In this document: one piece after another, positions 12,521 to 28,280 of the stretch | How the letters are laid out: every line of letters begins with the position of its first letter | Numbering within the stretch: position 1 is the stretch's first letter | Assembly (NCBI GenBank): GCA_951406725.2 | Contig: OX597819.1 | Coordinates: 80,476,001-80,540,000 of the forward strand | Direction of reading: 5' to 3' | Origin: Octopus vulgaris | Taxonomy: Eukaryota | DNA length: 64,000 bases | Made by a program: the position numbers and the translations under genes | Notes under the pieces: generated by a model | The model's input: the letters and a program-made list of their open reading frames with translations, nothing else | Database searches by the model: none | What the model was told of the DNA's origin: nothing

Positions 12521-13819
12521 ACTGTTCTATACTGATGGCACTGGTGTGCTACGAGATGATGCTAGGTGCGCTGTGCTGTAACTTGAATATAATTCTTTTC
12601 CCTATACTTTTAGTTATATTTTTATTCCAGGTGTGACACCAAATTTTGAAAAGAATAAGTGTACCGCAAGTGAAAAAAGATTGCGGAACACTGTCGTAGG
12701 ACATTAAAGGCTGTCCAACTCTTTCTTGATGTGCAACACTTGTATAATTAATTTTAATTATTACATCTACTTGTTGGCCCCGTACCATCAAAAATGACGG
12801 CTAATTGTAGTATTTTATATATAAATAAGGTACAAAATAATCATAAATACAGACATTTACATATTTCCCTTGTACACGCACACACATACACACATATACT
12901 CACACAGTGTTGCAACGTTGTTTGATTTTTCTTTTCAGCGTTGAATGTTCACCATCCCACTTCCATTGTACACACACACACACACACATTCACATGACTC
13001 CCTTTTACATACACACACACATTTACTCACGCAGAGTTGATTTTTTCTACCGTAGAACTTCCATCACCCCTTCCTTCCTGATTCATCTATCATCCCTTCC
13101 TTTCTCACTCATATGTTGTAACGGAGAAAGACACAAGAGTATTATTATAGTAGATTCTTATATTTACCTTGTAGGCAAAACACCGTTCTTATATCCTATA
13201 ATGTGCTAAAAGAGTTCGACAGATTTCGGTCACAGAGATATCTTCAGCTGCCCACCCTTCCAAAAAGCTGAACACTCAACGTTGATCTCTGCAGCAAGGA
13301 GAAAGCAGGTTTAATACAATAACAACACCAATTTAACGGATATCTTTAGTTCAAACATGCACGGTTTTGTATAGAGGAAGAATATGCCCTAATGGTATAT
13401 GTGCAACAAATTTTTTCACTTACAGAAAAAAATTGTTAGCGTATTGCAAATAATTAATAACTTACGTGGGTGTGTATCTCTCTCTCTCTCTTTATTTATA
13501 TATACACGTATGTATGTAAATCTAAAAATATAGGGTAAAAATGAAATATTACATGTGTGTATAAAAATTGTATGCAAAGGCTCGGCTCGGCTCGGCTGAT
13601 TCTTTTATGTATCTGTCTTCCTCCATCACTCACTCTCTTTCCTCCCTTCCCATCACTTTCTATCTGTAACGTCGTTTCACAGCGTCTAATATCTTTCCCT
13701 CGCCGCCATCGCATTCTATTGTCTGCCTGTCTTCCTCCATCTCTCTCTCCTCCCTTCCTTTCACATTCTCTCTATAACGTCATTTGATAGCGTCTACTAT
13801 CTTTCCTTCGCCAGCGCTG

Positions 13820-13872
<53 letters not shown>

Positions 13873-14849
13873 GTCTGTCTGCATTCATAAAGAGAATTAT
13901 CATCGCCACCACCACCACCACCACACAATCATGAGAATCTTTCTCTTAAAACAAATCATCTTTAGGTTTCAAAATATTTCATTTTTCAGTCCTCTCTTTC
14001 ACATACCACCTTTTCTTCCTCGATCTCTCTCTTTTCCCCCCTTCTCTCCATTTTCTCTCTATATATAACGACGTTTGGCTCCTCCGCCGTCTCTCTTTTT
14101 TCTGCAACGCGTCTCTCAATGACAGCCGCAAAAGTTTAAATATTCCTACCACAGGTCTTTCAGATAGGAAACAGATATTATTTATTTTTGCGTGGATAAA
14201 AAGAATTTATTTGTATGCTCAAGCCGACCGTCGTTAACAAACATGTTTCTGTAAATTTGAAAAATTTTCCAGTTTTGAAATATTTAGGAATTCTCTGTTA
14301 CATCAAGCTAAAAAATTTGCGCCAGCTTTTTAAATCGTCAATGTGTTGCCGTCCATGATGAAGAAGTTTTGAATGCTTGCCATGGTGAGTCTACTGTCGT
14401 GAGAAAGAATCACTTCAAAACTTGGTGTTTAGGAATTTTCTTTTACATCAAGTTCAAAATTTTACGCCAGCCGTTAAACTGCAACTACGTTGCTGTCCGT
14501 CGTTAAGAAATGCCAGCCATGGTGACTCTACTATCTTCAGATTCCATCCCTTCAAACTTTGGTTTCCAATATTATTTTTCAGCTCGCAAGTTCGTCTGTC
14601 CCTTTTAAATGTTAGTGTTTTGCTTTCTGCCTTGAAGCAGACCTTTCCGTTGTCACTGCCTGATATTTATGATTGATCTTTCAAACTACTTCATTCTCAA
14701 CTTACTCAAGATCTTTTGTTGTTTATAAATGAGAGAGAGATAGATAGAGAAAGATAGAGAGTAAGAGAAAGCGAGGGAGAGTCCGAGAGAAAGGAAGAGT
14801 AAGAGAGTGAGAAATGGAGAGAGAAAGGAGAGAGAAATAAAGAGGGAGA

Positions 14850-15160
14850 ATCATCATCATCATCATCATCATTATCGTTTAACGTCCGTTTTCTGTGCTA
14901 GCACGGATTGGACGGTTTGACCGGGGTCTGGGAAGCCAGGAGGCTGCACCAGGCTCCAGTCTGATCTGGCAGTGTTTCTACAGCTGGATGCCCTTCCTAA
15001 CGCCAACCACTCCGTGATTGTAGTGGGTGATTTTTTCGTGCCAAGGGGGGAGGAGCGCTGGAAGCGGCCACAATCGGTTGGTGCTTTTTACGTGCCACCG
15101 GCACAGAAGCCAGTCAAGGCGGCGCTGCAATCGGCCACGTTCGGGTGGTGCTTTTTACGT
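14850..15160 (-). mobile_element. Retroposon 3' end with (GAT)n tail (RTE-related SINE/LINE)
   Basis: (CAT)n followed by GGATGCCCTTCCTAACGCCAACC and internal short tandem repeats. Confidence 0.55.
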
Positions 15161-15211
15161 GCCGAAAGGATGCAACAGAAAATAACAACCACACTCTTAT
15201 ATACTAGCTTA

Positions 15212-15264
15212 TATACTAGCTTAAGGTGACCCGCTCTACGCGCGGGTCACCATAAGCTAGTATA
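15212..15264. repeat. Short palindrome resembling a Helitron 3' terminus
   Basis: TATACTAGCTTAAGGTGACCCGC-TCTACGC-GCGGGTCACCATAAGCTAGTATA. Confidence 0.7.
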
Positions 15265-15488
15265 TATATATATATATATATAAAACAGTAATCCGTAGGT
15301 CCGGAAGAATGGTAACAGTAATCCGTAGGTGTAAAAATCCAGGAATTGGTTTCCAAGGCACTCAGTATCCGTGTGAGCGTGCGCGGTATATAAAGTTAAT
15401 CCAAACAAGAAAACAAAAAGACAACAACGCAAGGATGTGGAACAAATAAAGTATTATTGGACGCTCAGGAAAGAAGGGAAGAAGGAGG

Positions 15489-15523
15489 GTTTGACGTTTC
15501 GAGCGGAGCTCTTCGTCGGAAAC
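15489..15523 (-). ncRNA. Minimal type I hammerhead ribozyme motif (U4C variant)
   Basis: GTTT-CCGACGA-A-GAGC(TCC)GCTC-GAAA-CG-TC-AAAC. Confidence 0.6.
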
Positions 15524-15728
15524 ATGGGAGAAGGAAAGATGCCGAGACGGGAGGACAGAGGAAAAAAAATCGCCGGTGGTATTCACGAGTTCACATACTA
15601 AAAAGACGGAAGTGGTAAAAATGGAGGAAAATGTTTTTAAAAACAAGAGAGCTATATGTGAACTCGTGAATACCACCGGCGATTTTTTTTCCTCTGTCCT
15701 CCCGTCTCGGGATCTTTCCTTCTCCCAT

Positions 15729-15763
15729 GTTTCCGACGAAGAGCTCCGCTCGAAACGTCAGAC
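15729..15763 (+). ncRNA. Minimal type I hammerhead ribozyme motif (U4C variant)
   Basis: GTTT-CCGACGA-A-GAGC(TCC)GCTC-GAAA-CG-TC-AGAC. Confidence 0.6.
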
Positions 15764-15888
15764 CCTCCTTCTTCCCTTCTTTCCTGAGCGTCCAATAATA
15801 CTTTATTGTTCCACATCCTTGCGTTGTTGTCTTTTTGTTTTCTTGTTTGGATTAACTTTATATATATATACATGTATATACATGTATG

Positions 15889-15996
<108 letters not shown>

Positions 15997-16164
15997 AATT
16001 GAGATAGGGGTTGTAAATGTAACCCTCTATGGGATAACGTATATCCAATATACTGCTAGTGAAGTACCCAACAAAGTTAATACATATATGTTAATGATTG
16101 CGATGCAATCAATTCATTTACTGTATTATATGGCCAAAGGTAAAATGATTTACCACAATTACTA

Positions 16165-17141
16165 ATACAAGATAAGGAAATGGAGAAATACATCTAAATC
16201 AAATATCAATTACCAGATAATACTCAATCACATACTTTATTAAACCACCACATAAGAGACTGTAGGGTTAAATATAAAAAGCAGAACAAATCAGTGTACA
16301 TAAAGGAGTGTACATAAAAAAGTGTACATAAAAGAGTAATGTTGTATAATAATTAGAATATATATAAAAAAGAATATAAATACAAGTAAATATAAATATA
16401 AGTATAAATTAGATCTTACAGCTGTAATACATTAATTGTATTGACAACGATAATGATACTAACTTTAATGACACTTTGGAAACTATTATGAAGTAATATA
16501 ATGTACTATTGACTATGTATATTTACATCTAAGTATTAATCTGTGTATGTTTATTATCACAATATTAAGTCGAAAAACTGAGACATTGGGTGTGGAACAC
16601 ATATATATGTTTACTAATTTATATTATTTATTTATATCATTATGTAAATGTATATTTTTTTATATGTATAGGAGTGTGAGTATATGCACTCATATGTATA
16701 TATATATGTTGTATTGTGGGTACGCACCCACACCCATGTGGTTATATGTGTAGACTGTGTTATATTACATAACCTCCGAAGAGGCCTTGTGATATTTTTG
16801 TTAATGTCTCATTTATATCTATATATTGACCAACCATAAAGGGCTAATATTGGTAAAATGAGATATAACTATCTACATGGCCGAAACAGCTGTAAGATCT
16901 AATTTATACTTATATTTATATTTACTTGTATTTATATTCTTTTTTATATATATTCTAATTATTATACAACATTACTGTTTTATATACACTTTTTTATGTA
17001 CACTCCTTTATGTACACTGATTTGTTCTGCTTTTTATATTTAACCCTACAGTCTCTTATGTGGTGGTTTAATAAAGTATGTAATTGAGTATTATCTGGTA
17101 ATTGATATTTGATTTAGATGTATTTCTCCATTTTCTTATCT

Positions 17142-17146
<5 letters not shown>
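16165..17146. mobile_element. Inverted PLE-like repeat, second family (261-bp arms)
   Basis: Arms 16165-16425 and 16886-17146 are near-perfect reverse complements. The right arm runs into (TA)n. Confidence 0.8.
16772..16898 (+). ncRNA. Hammerhead ribozyme motif with long stem II
   Basis: CCGAAGA-GGCCTTGT...(TCTCATTT/AAATGAGA internal pair)...ACATGGCC-GAAA-CAGCTG-TA. Stem III is the palindrome ACAGCTGT; stem I is weak. Confidence 0.6.
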
Positions 17147-17211
<65 letters not shown>

Positions 17212-17364
17212 TATGTATACATGTATATGTATACATGTATGTCTAGATATATATATATTTAGATGTACATGTAATATATACCCATATATATACACATATA
17301 TACATGCATACATATATACACCCATACACACACATCCACACGCACACACACACACACGCATACA

Positions 17365-17700
17365 TAGGAGCAGGTTTGGCTGTGTGGTAACAAACTTGGT
17401 TCCAAAACACATGGTTCTCAGTTCAGTCCCACTGTGTGGTAACTTGACATGTGTCTTCTGCTAAAGCCTCAGACCAACCAAAGCCTTGTCAGTGCATTTT
17501 GTAGACAGAAACTGAAAGAAATCAATTGTGTGTATATGTATGTATATATGTAAGTCTATGTGTGTGTCATTGTCTCTGTGTTTCGCCCTCATCACTGCTT
17601 CACAACTGCTGTTCATTTATTTACATCCACTTAACTTACTGGTTTCACAAGAACAAACTAATAGAATAAGTACCAGGCCTATCAACATTAAAAAATCACT
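17365..17700 (+). mobile_element. SINE family B, diverged
   Basis: TGGCTGTGTGGTAA...GTTCAGTCCCACTG...CCAAAGCCTTG...AGAATAAGTACCAGGC. Confidence 0.75.
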
Positions 17701-17834
17701 AGGCTGTGTCTCATATTTTTGTTTGCCCACCCAGTTGTATCTATCAATTATCTTTGCATGTGTGTGTGTATATCTCTATATCTATATCTATATCTATCTA
17801 TCTATATCTATATCTATATCTATCTACCTATCGT

Positions 17835-17906
<72 letters not shown>

Positions 17907-17911
17907 CCTAC

Positions 17912-19338
<1,427 letters not shown>

Positions 19339-20522
19339 TATGTGCATAAGATCCACATACACACACACACGCACCAATATACTTAATTCGATGAATTAAG
19401 TACGAGTTGCCTACTGAAATCAATCCAATCGACTGCCCCCCCCCACCTCCTCCTCAAAAATGTCGGGCCTTGGGTCTAGAGTAGAAAAGACAAACATGAA
19501 ATGAACTTCGCTCTTCCCATCCACTACTTTCTTTACTTCCCATATTAAACTAAATGTTCCCGCTTCTCTGAGTAGGACAATTTTTTGAGCTTGGTGTTAT
19601 TTTTTATGCTTCCTATTTACTCCCATCATATTCGTAACCTCATTGCTACCGCACACAAATCTGCTTCCTTCATACCCCTACCTCTCTCTATCTCTATCTC
19701 TGCCTCTCTTTCTTTCTCCCTCTCCCTCCCCCTCTCTCTCTCTCTCTCTATCTTTCTTTCTCACTCTTTCTTTCTCTCTATCCCTATTTCTTTTACTCGA
19801 AGTTGCTGCTTTCTTCATTTTCGTACCTTGACATAAAAGCACGCATGTATACACACACATAAACACACACATGCACACACACATACACACACATACACTA
19901 GCTCTCTCACACACACACATGCACACACGCACACATACACACATATATACATATAAACACAGATAAATATAAATATACTTATTTAATGTGAATATATTCT
20001 AACATAGACATATACACTTGAAAAATACCTCCACACACCCCTTTTCGTATATACATTCAACATACATACATACATACATACATACATACATACATACATA
20101 CATACGTATGTTCGTAAAAATCTCCATATACATTATTTGGCAGTGTTCCTGGACTGAAGATGAAGACGACGGCAAAAGAAAACAGTACACAACAACAACA
20201 AAAGAGGAAACATCAAAACAACATCAAGAAAACCAACAACAACAACAATAACAGCAATACCAATAATAACAACAACAACAACAACATCAACTTCACTCTT
20301 TAGCTCGCCTCATTCGCAGACGTGGTGTAGAATGTCCGTCTATTTCTAATTTTCCAGCTTGTCACCCGCATCATTCCGTTTTCCGGATGATTCCAAACGC
20401 GGTAAAAACAGGTGAATCTGTGTAAAAATTGCAAAGGAACATTTCCAAATATCCACATGTATTCTTTCTCTCTTTCTCTGTCTTTCTCTCCTCTTCTCTC
20501 TGTTTTTATCTCTCTCTCTCTT

Positions 20523-20596
<74 letters not shown>

Positions 20597-20711
20597 CATA
20601 TTATCTTAGCCAAACTAACAAAAGTCGCCCGCCCTCCGCACACCAAAAAAGAACCAGAAAAAATGTTTTTCATTTTATTTCCTTTTCTTCTTTATTATAC
20701 CTTGGTGCGTG

Positions 20712-20755
<44 letters not shown>

Positions 20756-20944
20756 TGCTGTATTTTTGTTCTTTCTACTCGTTCTTTCTATCAGGTTTTT
20801 CCTTTCTTTATCGCTTTCTTGCTTTCTCTCTATTTCTTTGATTGCAATTTTTCTTTCGTTTTTATATACACACACACACACTTACACATACATACATACA
20901 TAAATACATTCACACATACATACATATGCATATATGTATATAAT

Positions 20945-21004
<60 letters not shown>

Positions 21005-21149
21005 TGTAAATGCATGCATACACACATATGTAACACACACGCACACACACATACGTAGCATATATTTATATATACATATATACACAAGTATATATGTGTG
21101 TAATTTATTTTCCTGCTGTTCTAGTTCTTACTGTTGTTGTTGTCGTTCG

Positions 21150-21485
21150 TTTGTTAATGATGATGATGATGATGGTCATGATGATGGTCATGATGATGCA
21201 GATGGTGGTGGTAGTGGTAGTGGTGGTAGTTTGCTGGTGACAGTGGCGTTATGTTGGCAACGGCAGCGTCGAGTGGCGGTGGTGGTGGAGCTGGTGGCTG
21301 TGGCAGTGGTGGTGGTGGCAGTGGTGGAGGTGGTGGTGGCGGCGGCGGCGGCGGTGGGGGTGGTGGTGGTGGTGGTGGTGGTGGTGGTGATGGTGGCGGT
21401 ACTGACGATGACGGTGATGATGGTGGTGGCCTTGGAGGAAAAGGCGGCGGTGGTGGTGGTGATGATTGTACGTATGATGATGAAG
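21150..21485. repeat. (GGT/GGC/GAT)n low-complexity tract
   Basis: Triplet repeats give poly-Gly and poly-Val ORFs. Confidence 0.8.
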
Positions 21486-23384
21486 GGTGTATTGTAAGTT
21501 CCTTTCTTTAATTTTTTTTTCTCAAATTTTTTTGTATTTTTTTATATGTTCCATTTTGTTATTTATATTTCGTTTCTGCTTTTTGTCTTCTTGTAATTGT
21601 TCTCGTATTTTATTTATTTATATATTTCGTTTTCACTAATGGCTACTTTCTATATTCTTCACCTTATGACTTTCTACAAAAAAAAAAAAACACAAGCACA
21701 TCATACATACACTTATATACACACATATATACAGACACACATACACACTCACAAGCTATACGAACATACAAATACAGATACACATACTCACACTTATGCA
21801 TCAAACGCACATACACATACACACTTTACTACATACAACATACACTCAAAGATGGACACACACACGCACACACACACACACAAGCACACTTACACCTAAT
21901 CACTCACATACCTGTACCTACATTTACTTACTCACACACACATACAAACACGTACACACACACACATACTATCATACACATCCAGTTACACATAGGATAC
22001 AACAACGCACTCAGAATTACACACGAACATAATCAAACTCTGGCGGATACACAAAGGCACACACACGTACAGAATCATACACACACACACACACACACAA
22101 ACGCACGCACATAAACGTCCGGAATCATACGCATACACAGAAACACATACATACATACACATACACACGCACGCACACATACGGAATCATACTTACACAT
22201 ACACGCACTCACGCACACACACGCACACACACAGACTTGCGTCCGAGTGCGCGGAGGCACGTATGCACACGCATGCATAATCAAACCCACACGGGTGGAC
22301 ACATACATACCACGGCCTCTCATTCTATATTTCTCTCTCTGTCTCTCTGTCTCTCTTTCCCTCTCTTTCTCTCTCTCACTTCCTCTCTCTCTCTCTCACT
22401 CACTCTCTCTCTCACACACACACATACACACAAACAAAATCGCATCTATGTACACACACAGTCTTAGATACACACACACGCACACACACACACACACATA
22501 CAGAACCGTATCAAAATACACATACAAGCATGTATCGACGTTCACACAGACACACTCACGCACACACACACACACACACAGACACATTCACACACATACA
22601 CACACTCACACGTACATACACACACGCATACAATCACCAACACCACCATATAGTGTACGTATAGCACTATTCACTCAGCCACCCACCCCCGGTCACCTGT
22701 CATCGTCTACTCCCACCACTACCACCATGACCACCATCACGCAATCATACATACTCGCTCACACATACACACACGCATACACACACTTAGATTCGCATAT
22801 ACACAAGCAATCACCACCGCCACCATCACCACCGTACATAAGTATATAGAATGTCCTATAAACTTACCTGCCACCACCAATGGCCGCCTCTCCTCAACAA
22901 AATTCGTACTCAATACTACCACCACCACCATCACCATCATCATCATCATCATCATAACCACACGCGCTTCTATCGCTACCACATAACCACCCGCTACTTC
23001 TACCCACCATTATCCAAGTTAAGGTGGAAAAAAACCCCCCAAAAAATCGATGATTCTTATCGACTATTTTTCTGTGGTCAACAGAAAGCCCTTCCTCTTC
23101 CTGTCTCTCCCTCTCCCTCCCGTTCTCTCTCTCTCTCACTCTCTCTCCTTCAATGTGTGCCTACTCCTACACCACAACCTTTGACCGTCCACTCCTCGTC
23201 TCCACATATTCCTCCTTCCTCCCGCCACACACTCCGCCTGCTTCATTGTAACTGACCTCTTCCGTATGTTCTTCATTACCCATCATCACATTCTACCTTT
23301 CACGCTCACCGTGCATCTTATACACACCGCTTCCCCAAACAATATACACTGCTTTACACACCACTTCTTGTTACTCCCCCTTCC

Positions 23385-23416
<32 letters not shown>

Positions 23417-23917
23417 AACTTTTCTCTTTTTCTCTTCTATATCTGCCCTTCCCAAACAGCACTCTCCCTCCCTATAGCCACTGATCCCCCTCCACAGATT
23501 TTTGCCTTTCTCATGTCTTACCCAGTTCAATGAGCGCCAAAGCACACGACCTTTTTCCGCTGCTTCATCTCAGCATTAACTCTCCTTTATAAACACACTT
23601 AAAAATGTGCTCACACACACACACACACACACATTTATACACACACACACACACAGAGGTACGAACAAACTCAATCCAGCAATCCAGCGAAGTTATCCAA
23701 ACATAATATATGTATGTGTATGACTGTGGTCATGAGAATGTGTACGTGTGTTTGTCTGTATGTGTGTGTGTGTGTTTGCGTGTGCGTAAGTTTGAATATC
23801 GACACATTATTTAATATACACCGTACTCTTCTTCTCGTGGTACACACACACACACACACACACATAGGTATACGTAGATATTCTTTATATACACATACAT
23901 ACATACATTATATATAT

Positions 23918-24320
23918 ACTCTTTTACTTGCTTCAGTCATTTGACTGCGGCCATGCAGGAGCACCGCCTTTAGTCGACCACATCGACCCCAGGACTTATT
24001 CTTTGTAAGCTTAGTACATATTCTATCGGCCTCTTTTTGCCGAACCGCTAAGTTACGGGGACGTAAACACGCCAGCATCGGTTGTCAAGCGATGATGGGT
24101 GGGGGACAAACACAAACACACAAACATATACACACATACATATACACACATATATATATACATAAATACAACGGGCTTCTTTCAGTTTCTGTCTACCAAA
24201 TCCACTCACAATGCTTTGGTCGGCCCGAGGGCTATAGTAGAAGACCAAGGTGCCACGCAGTGGAACTGAACCCGGAACCATGTAGTTCGTAAGCAAGCTA
24301 CTTACCACACAGCCACTCCT
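23918..24320 (-). mobile_element. SINE family B, full length
   Basis: Head AGGAGTGGCTGTGTGGTAAG...GGGTTCAGTTCC through tail GACTGAAGCAAGTAAAAGAG. Confidence 0.85.
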
Positions 24321-24322
24321 AC

Positions 24323-24367
<45 letters not shown>

Positions 24368-24969
24368 GAATGTTTTTATATATAATGAACGTGAAATACA
24401 GGAAGGGACGAACACGGAACACAGACAAATCATTCGAAGCCTTCAATCTTCAGTCAGACACCGAATCATCATAGCAAATTTCGGCTGTTATATATATATA
24501 TATACGCGCTCGCGCGTGTATGTGTCCATGAGTGGTGGAAGTCAACTCGTGATTGAGTAAGATTGCCTACTAAACTTATTAAGACCAAGCAAACGCTCTG
24601 AGAGTCCAAGACTTTCCTCTGCAGGAATTTGTTTTGAGTGGATAAAGTATTGCACACTTTTTAGCGCAATCAGCTATAATACCAATGGCACAACAGAGGT
24701 TGAGGCGTCCAGGAACCAACTGTACTTCACGATTTTTTATACGAGTTCTAGAAGTTCTAACGAGAACTAAAGGGGCGCTTCATTTTCAATAGTTCACATG
24801 CTAGGATCCTAACAGATGCTACTACATAGGGTCAGAGAAAACATGACAACAATAGTAGCTAAAAGAAGGTTCCATACTTTTCAAATCTATGCATCTCCCG
24901 TGCGACGGCCACGCAACTAGATGCAGTTTAAAGTTACGCTCAGGACTTATATACATGAATACATCTCAG

Positions 24970-25298
24970 ACACCCTTTGGTCATGAGTGACCATGGTATT
25001 GCATCTAGAAATCTACCCTCCGAAGCACAAGACTGGTACGGTTGTTTGTGGAAGACCAGCAGTCACCCATGCATACCAGCCTCCCCTCTCCACGCCACTG
25101 TTGTTATCCAAGGGAAAGGCAAAATCTGATACAGCTCGGTACCAGTGACGTCGCAACTCATTTCTACAGATGAGTGAACAGGAGCAATATGAAATAAAGT
25201 GTCTTTCTCAAGAACGTAACACATAGCCCGGTCCGAGAATCGAACTCACTACCTCATGTTTGTGAGACCGAAGCCCTAACCACTGAGCCATGCGCCTT
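24970..25298 (-). mobile_element. SINE family C (CORE-like)
   Basis: Homologous to 1508-1843. Confidence 0.8.
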
Positions 25299-25451
25299 CC
25301 CATATGCATACATACATACATACAGACAGACAGACATACATATATATATATATATACATACGTGTATACATACATATATACATACATACGTGTACACACA
25401 CACACACAAACACACACACATACATATATGTATGTGTGTGTGTATATTTGA

Positions 25452-25830
25452 ATACCGTCAGCCGGATATTGTCGTATTGAATAAGAGAGACAAATACTGT
25501 CAGATCATTGATGTAGCCATACCAAATGACATGAATGTTGTGAGTAAAGAGATTGAAAAAACCGCCAAGTACTCCGAATTGAAAGTGGAAATGGCAAGAC
25601 TGTATGGAATGCGAGAGAGTAATGTAAACGTGATACCAGTGATGATCAGAGCTTTTGGCTCAATTCCATTGAAACTTCATGACTTCTTAAGGCAACTGGA
25701 AATCCCATGCAAGATTGATGTCTTGCAAAAAGCAGCCTTATTGGACACAGCGCACATCTTAAGTATTATCTGAGGTCATTGTTATGACTAAAGACTCCGA
25801 TTCATTTTTACCTACACTGTGTTACGAGGG
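25452..25830 (+). mobile_element. R4/Dong-type non-LTR retrotransposon 3' fragment (restriction-like endonuclease)
   Basis: RQPDIVVLNKRDKYCQIIDVAIPND...EKTAKYSEL...LQKAALLDTAHIL contains the PD..D..K..KY RLE motif and is followed by (AAT)n. Confidence 0.85.
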
Positions 25831-25831
25831 A

Positions 25832-25908
<77 letters not shown>

Positions 25909-25909
<1 letters not shown>

Positions 25910-26462
25910 TAATTAAGCTATGCCAACATTATGGAATAACAACAGAAAAAAGATGGTATAGGCACACACCAGAAAAGGTCACAGAAAACGAGAAAGCAAC
26001 CATACTCTGAGATATGCCGATAAACACAGATAGAGAAATTAAGCCCAACAGACCAGATATAGTTGTCAGAGATCATGAAGAAAAAATGCTTTCTAATTGA
26101 TGAATCAATACCGGCAGATGACAACGTGTCTCTAAAAGAAATGGAGAAACTTTCAAAATACAAAGACCTGGAAATAGAGGTAACCAGAATGTGGAATCTA
26201 AAAACAGAAACAATTCCTATCATAGTAGGTGCATTAGGCATGATAAAAAAATATTGAGGCAAATACATAACAAAAACACCAGGACTTACAAACACATATA
26301 ACATACAGAAAATTGCACTACTAGGCACTGCACACATCCTACGCAGAACACTTTCCATACAATAACCATCAGAGCATCACAACAAATCACAGCACATACC
26401 CAAGGCACACAGAGCTGCGCTCGGTAGTGAAGTGAAAGCACGCTATAAAAATAAAACTACTG
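25909..26462 (+). mobile_element. R4/Dong-type LINE 3' fragment between (AAT)n tracts
   Basis: KLCQHYG...WYRHTP...NRPDIVV...LIDESIPADDNV..KEMEKLSKYKDLEIE...IQKIALLGTAHILRR, with frameshift and stops. Confidence 0.9.
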
Positions 26463-26974
26463 AATAATAATAATAATATTAATAATAATAATAATAATAA
26501 TAAAGTTGAAAATGGAGACCAAATATATAGTACGTGCGTTTAATTGACAAAATATGACCGGCCTCATGTATAACAATATCTGTTTCAGCATTCGATTTCA
26601 CATCAAGAATCTTCGAAAACAAATACGAAATTTTTTATTTTAATTTTTTTTATCAACAATTATTTATCTATATTAACAAGTGTTTGCAACTCTTATTTAA
26701 AAAAATAAAGATGATAGCTATTGAAATTTGTAGTGTTGCTCCATTCCCTAAACAGACGGGAATATAACAACATGACAACCAAAACTCAGGATCTTTAACG
26801 AGACAAGCTTTTATGTATATATGCACATGATGGGACCCAGACAGCAAAATTGATGCAACACAACATGCTGAAAGGAGTCCAACCCATAAGGGACAGTAGA
26901 GGGATGTGTCGAAACGACCGTTGTACAAAATAAAAGTTAATACGAAATCCATCTTCTCGTTACTTAAGACATTA

Positions 26975-27296
26975 TTATTTTTTTTTTATGTTTGACTTTT
27001 GCTTTACATTCGTACAAGTTGGTTCCAAGTCTCACCCAGAGACCTCAAGAGACAACAAGTTGGTAGTTCATGTTGGTGTTATGCTTAGGGTGCCATATAT
27101 TTGGTTTTGTACGTACTGTTGTTCTAGAGAATATTTAAGAAACCATAAGAAAATTGTGTTTGTTTTAACACTTGAGATTACATAGAAAGTATTTTGCGTA
27201 GGATATGAGCAGTTCCCATGAGCACTATATTTTGAATTTCTGCCATTTGGGGGTTTCCTGGTATCTGAGCTAGGTAGCAATCAACCCCTTTTGCTG

Positions 27297-27297
<1 letters not shown>
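26975..27297 (-). mobile_element. R4/Dong-type LINE extreme 3' end
   Basis: Minus-strand ...YLAQIPGNPQMAEIQNIVLMGTAHILRKILSM* plus 3' UTR. Abuts a long (ATT)n tract. Confidence 0.8.
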
Positions 27298-27370
<73 letters not shown>

Positions 27371-27400
27371 ACACACACGCACACACATGTATATATATAT

Positions 27401-28206
<806 letters not shown>

Positions 28207-28280
28207 GGGAGTATGGCTCCAAACTTACAGGGAAAAATTAGATTTAGTATTGAATCAAATTTCACAGTATAAATATAAAA

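Larger units (their letters stand above)
15387..15864. mobile_element. Inverted pair of PLE-like terminal repeats (about 210-bp arms, 57-bp spacer)
   Basis: Arms 15387-15597 and 15655-15864 are near-perfect reverse complements. Each carries a hammerhead motif. A solo homolog lies at 62655-62860. Confidence 0.8.

Noticed and set aside
13214-13247. Hammerhead-like CTGAAGA...GACCGAAATCTGTC on the minus strand
   Set aside because: Stems I and II do not pair. Possibly a decayed PLE repeat, but not supportable.
20934-21511. Gly-rich and Val-rich ORFs
   Set aside because: A (GGT/GGC)n microsatellite with no supported gene context.
26860-26940. GACA...TGTCGAAACGACCGTT followed by AATAAA
   Set aside because: No recognisable CUGANGA box.
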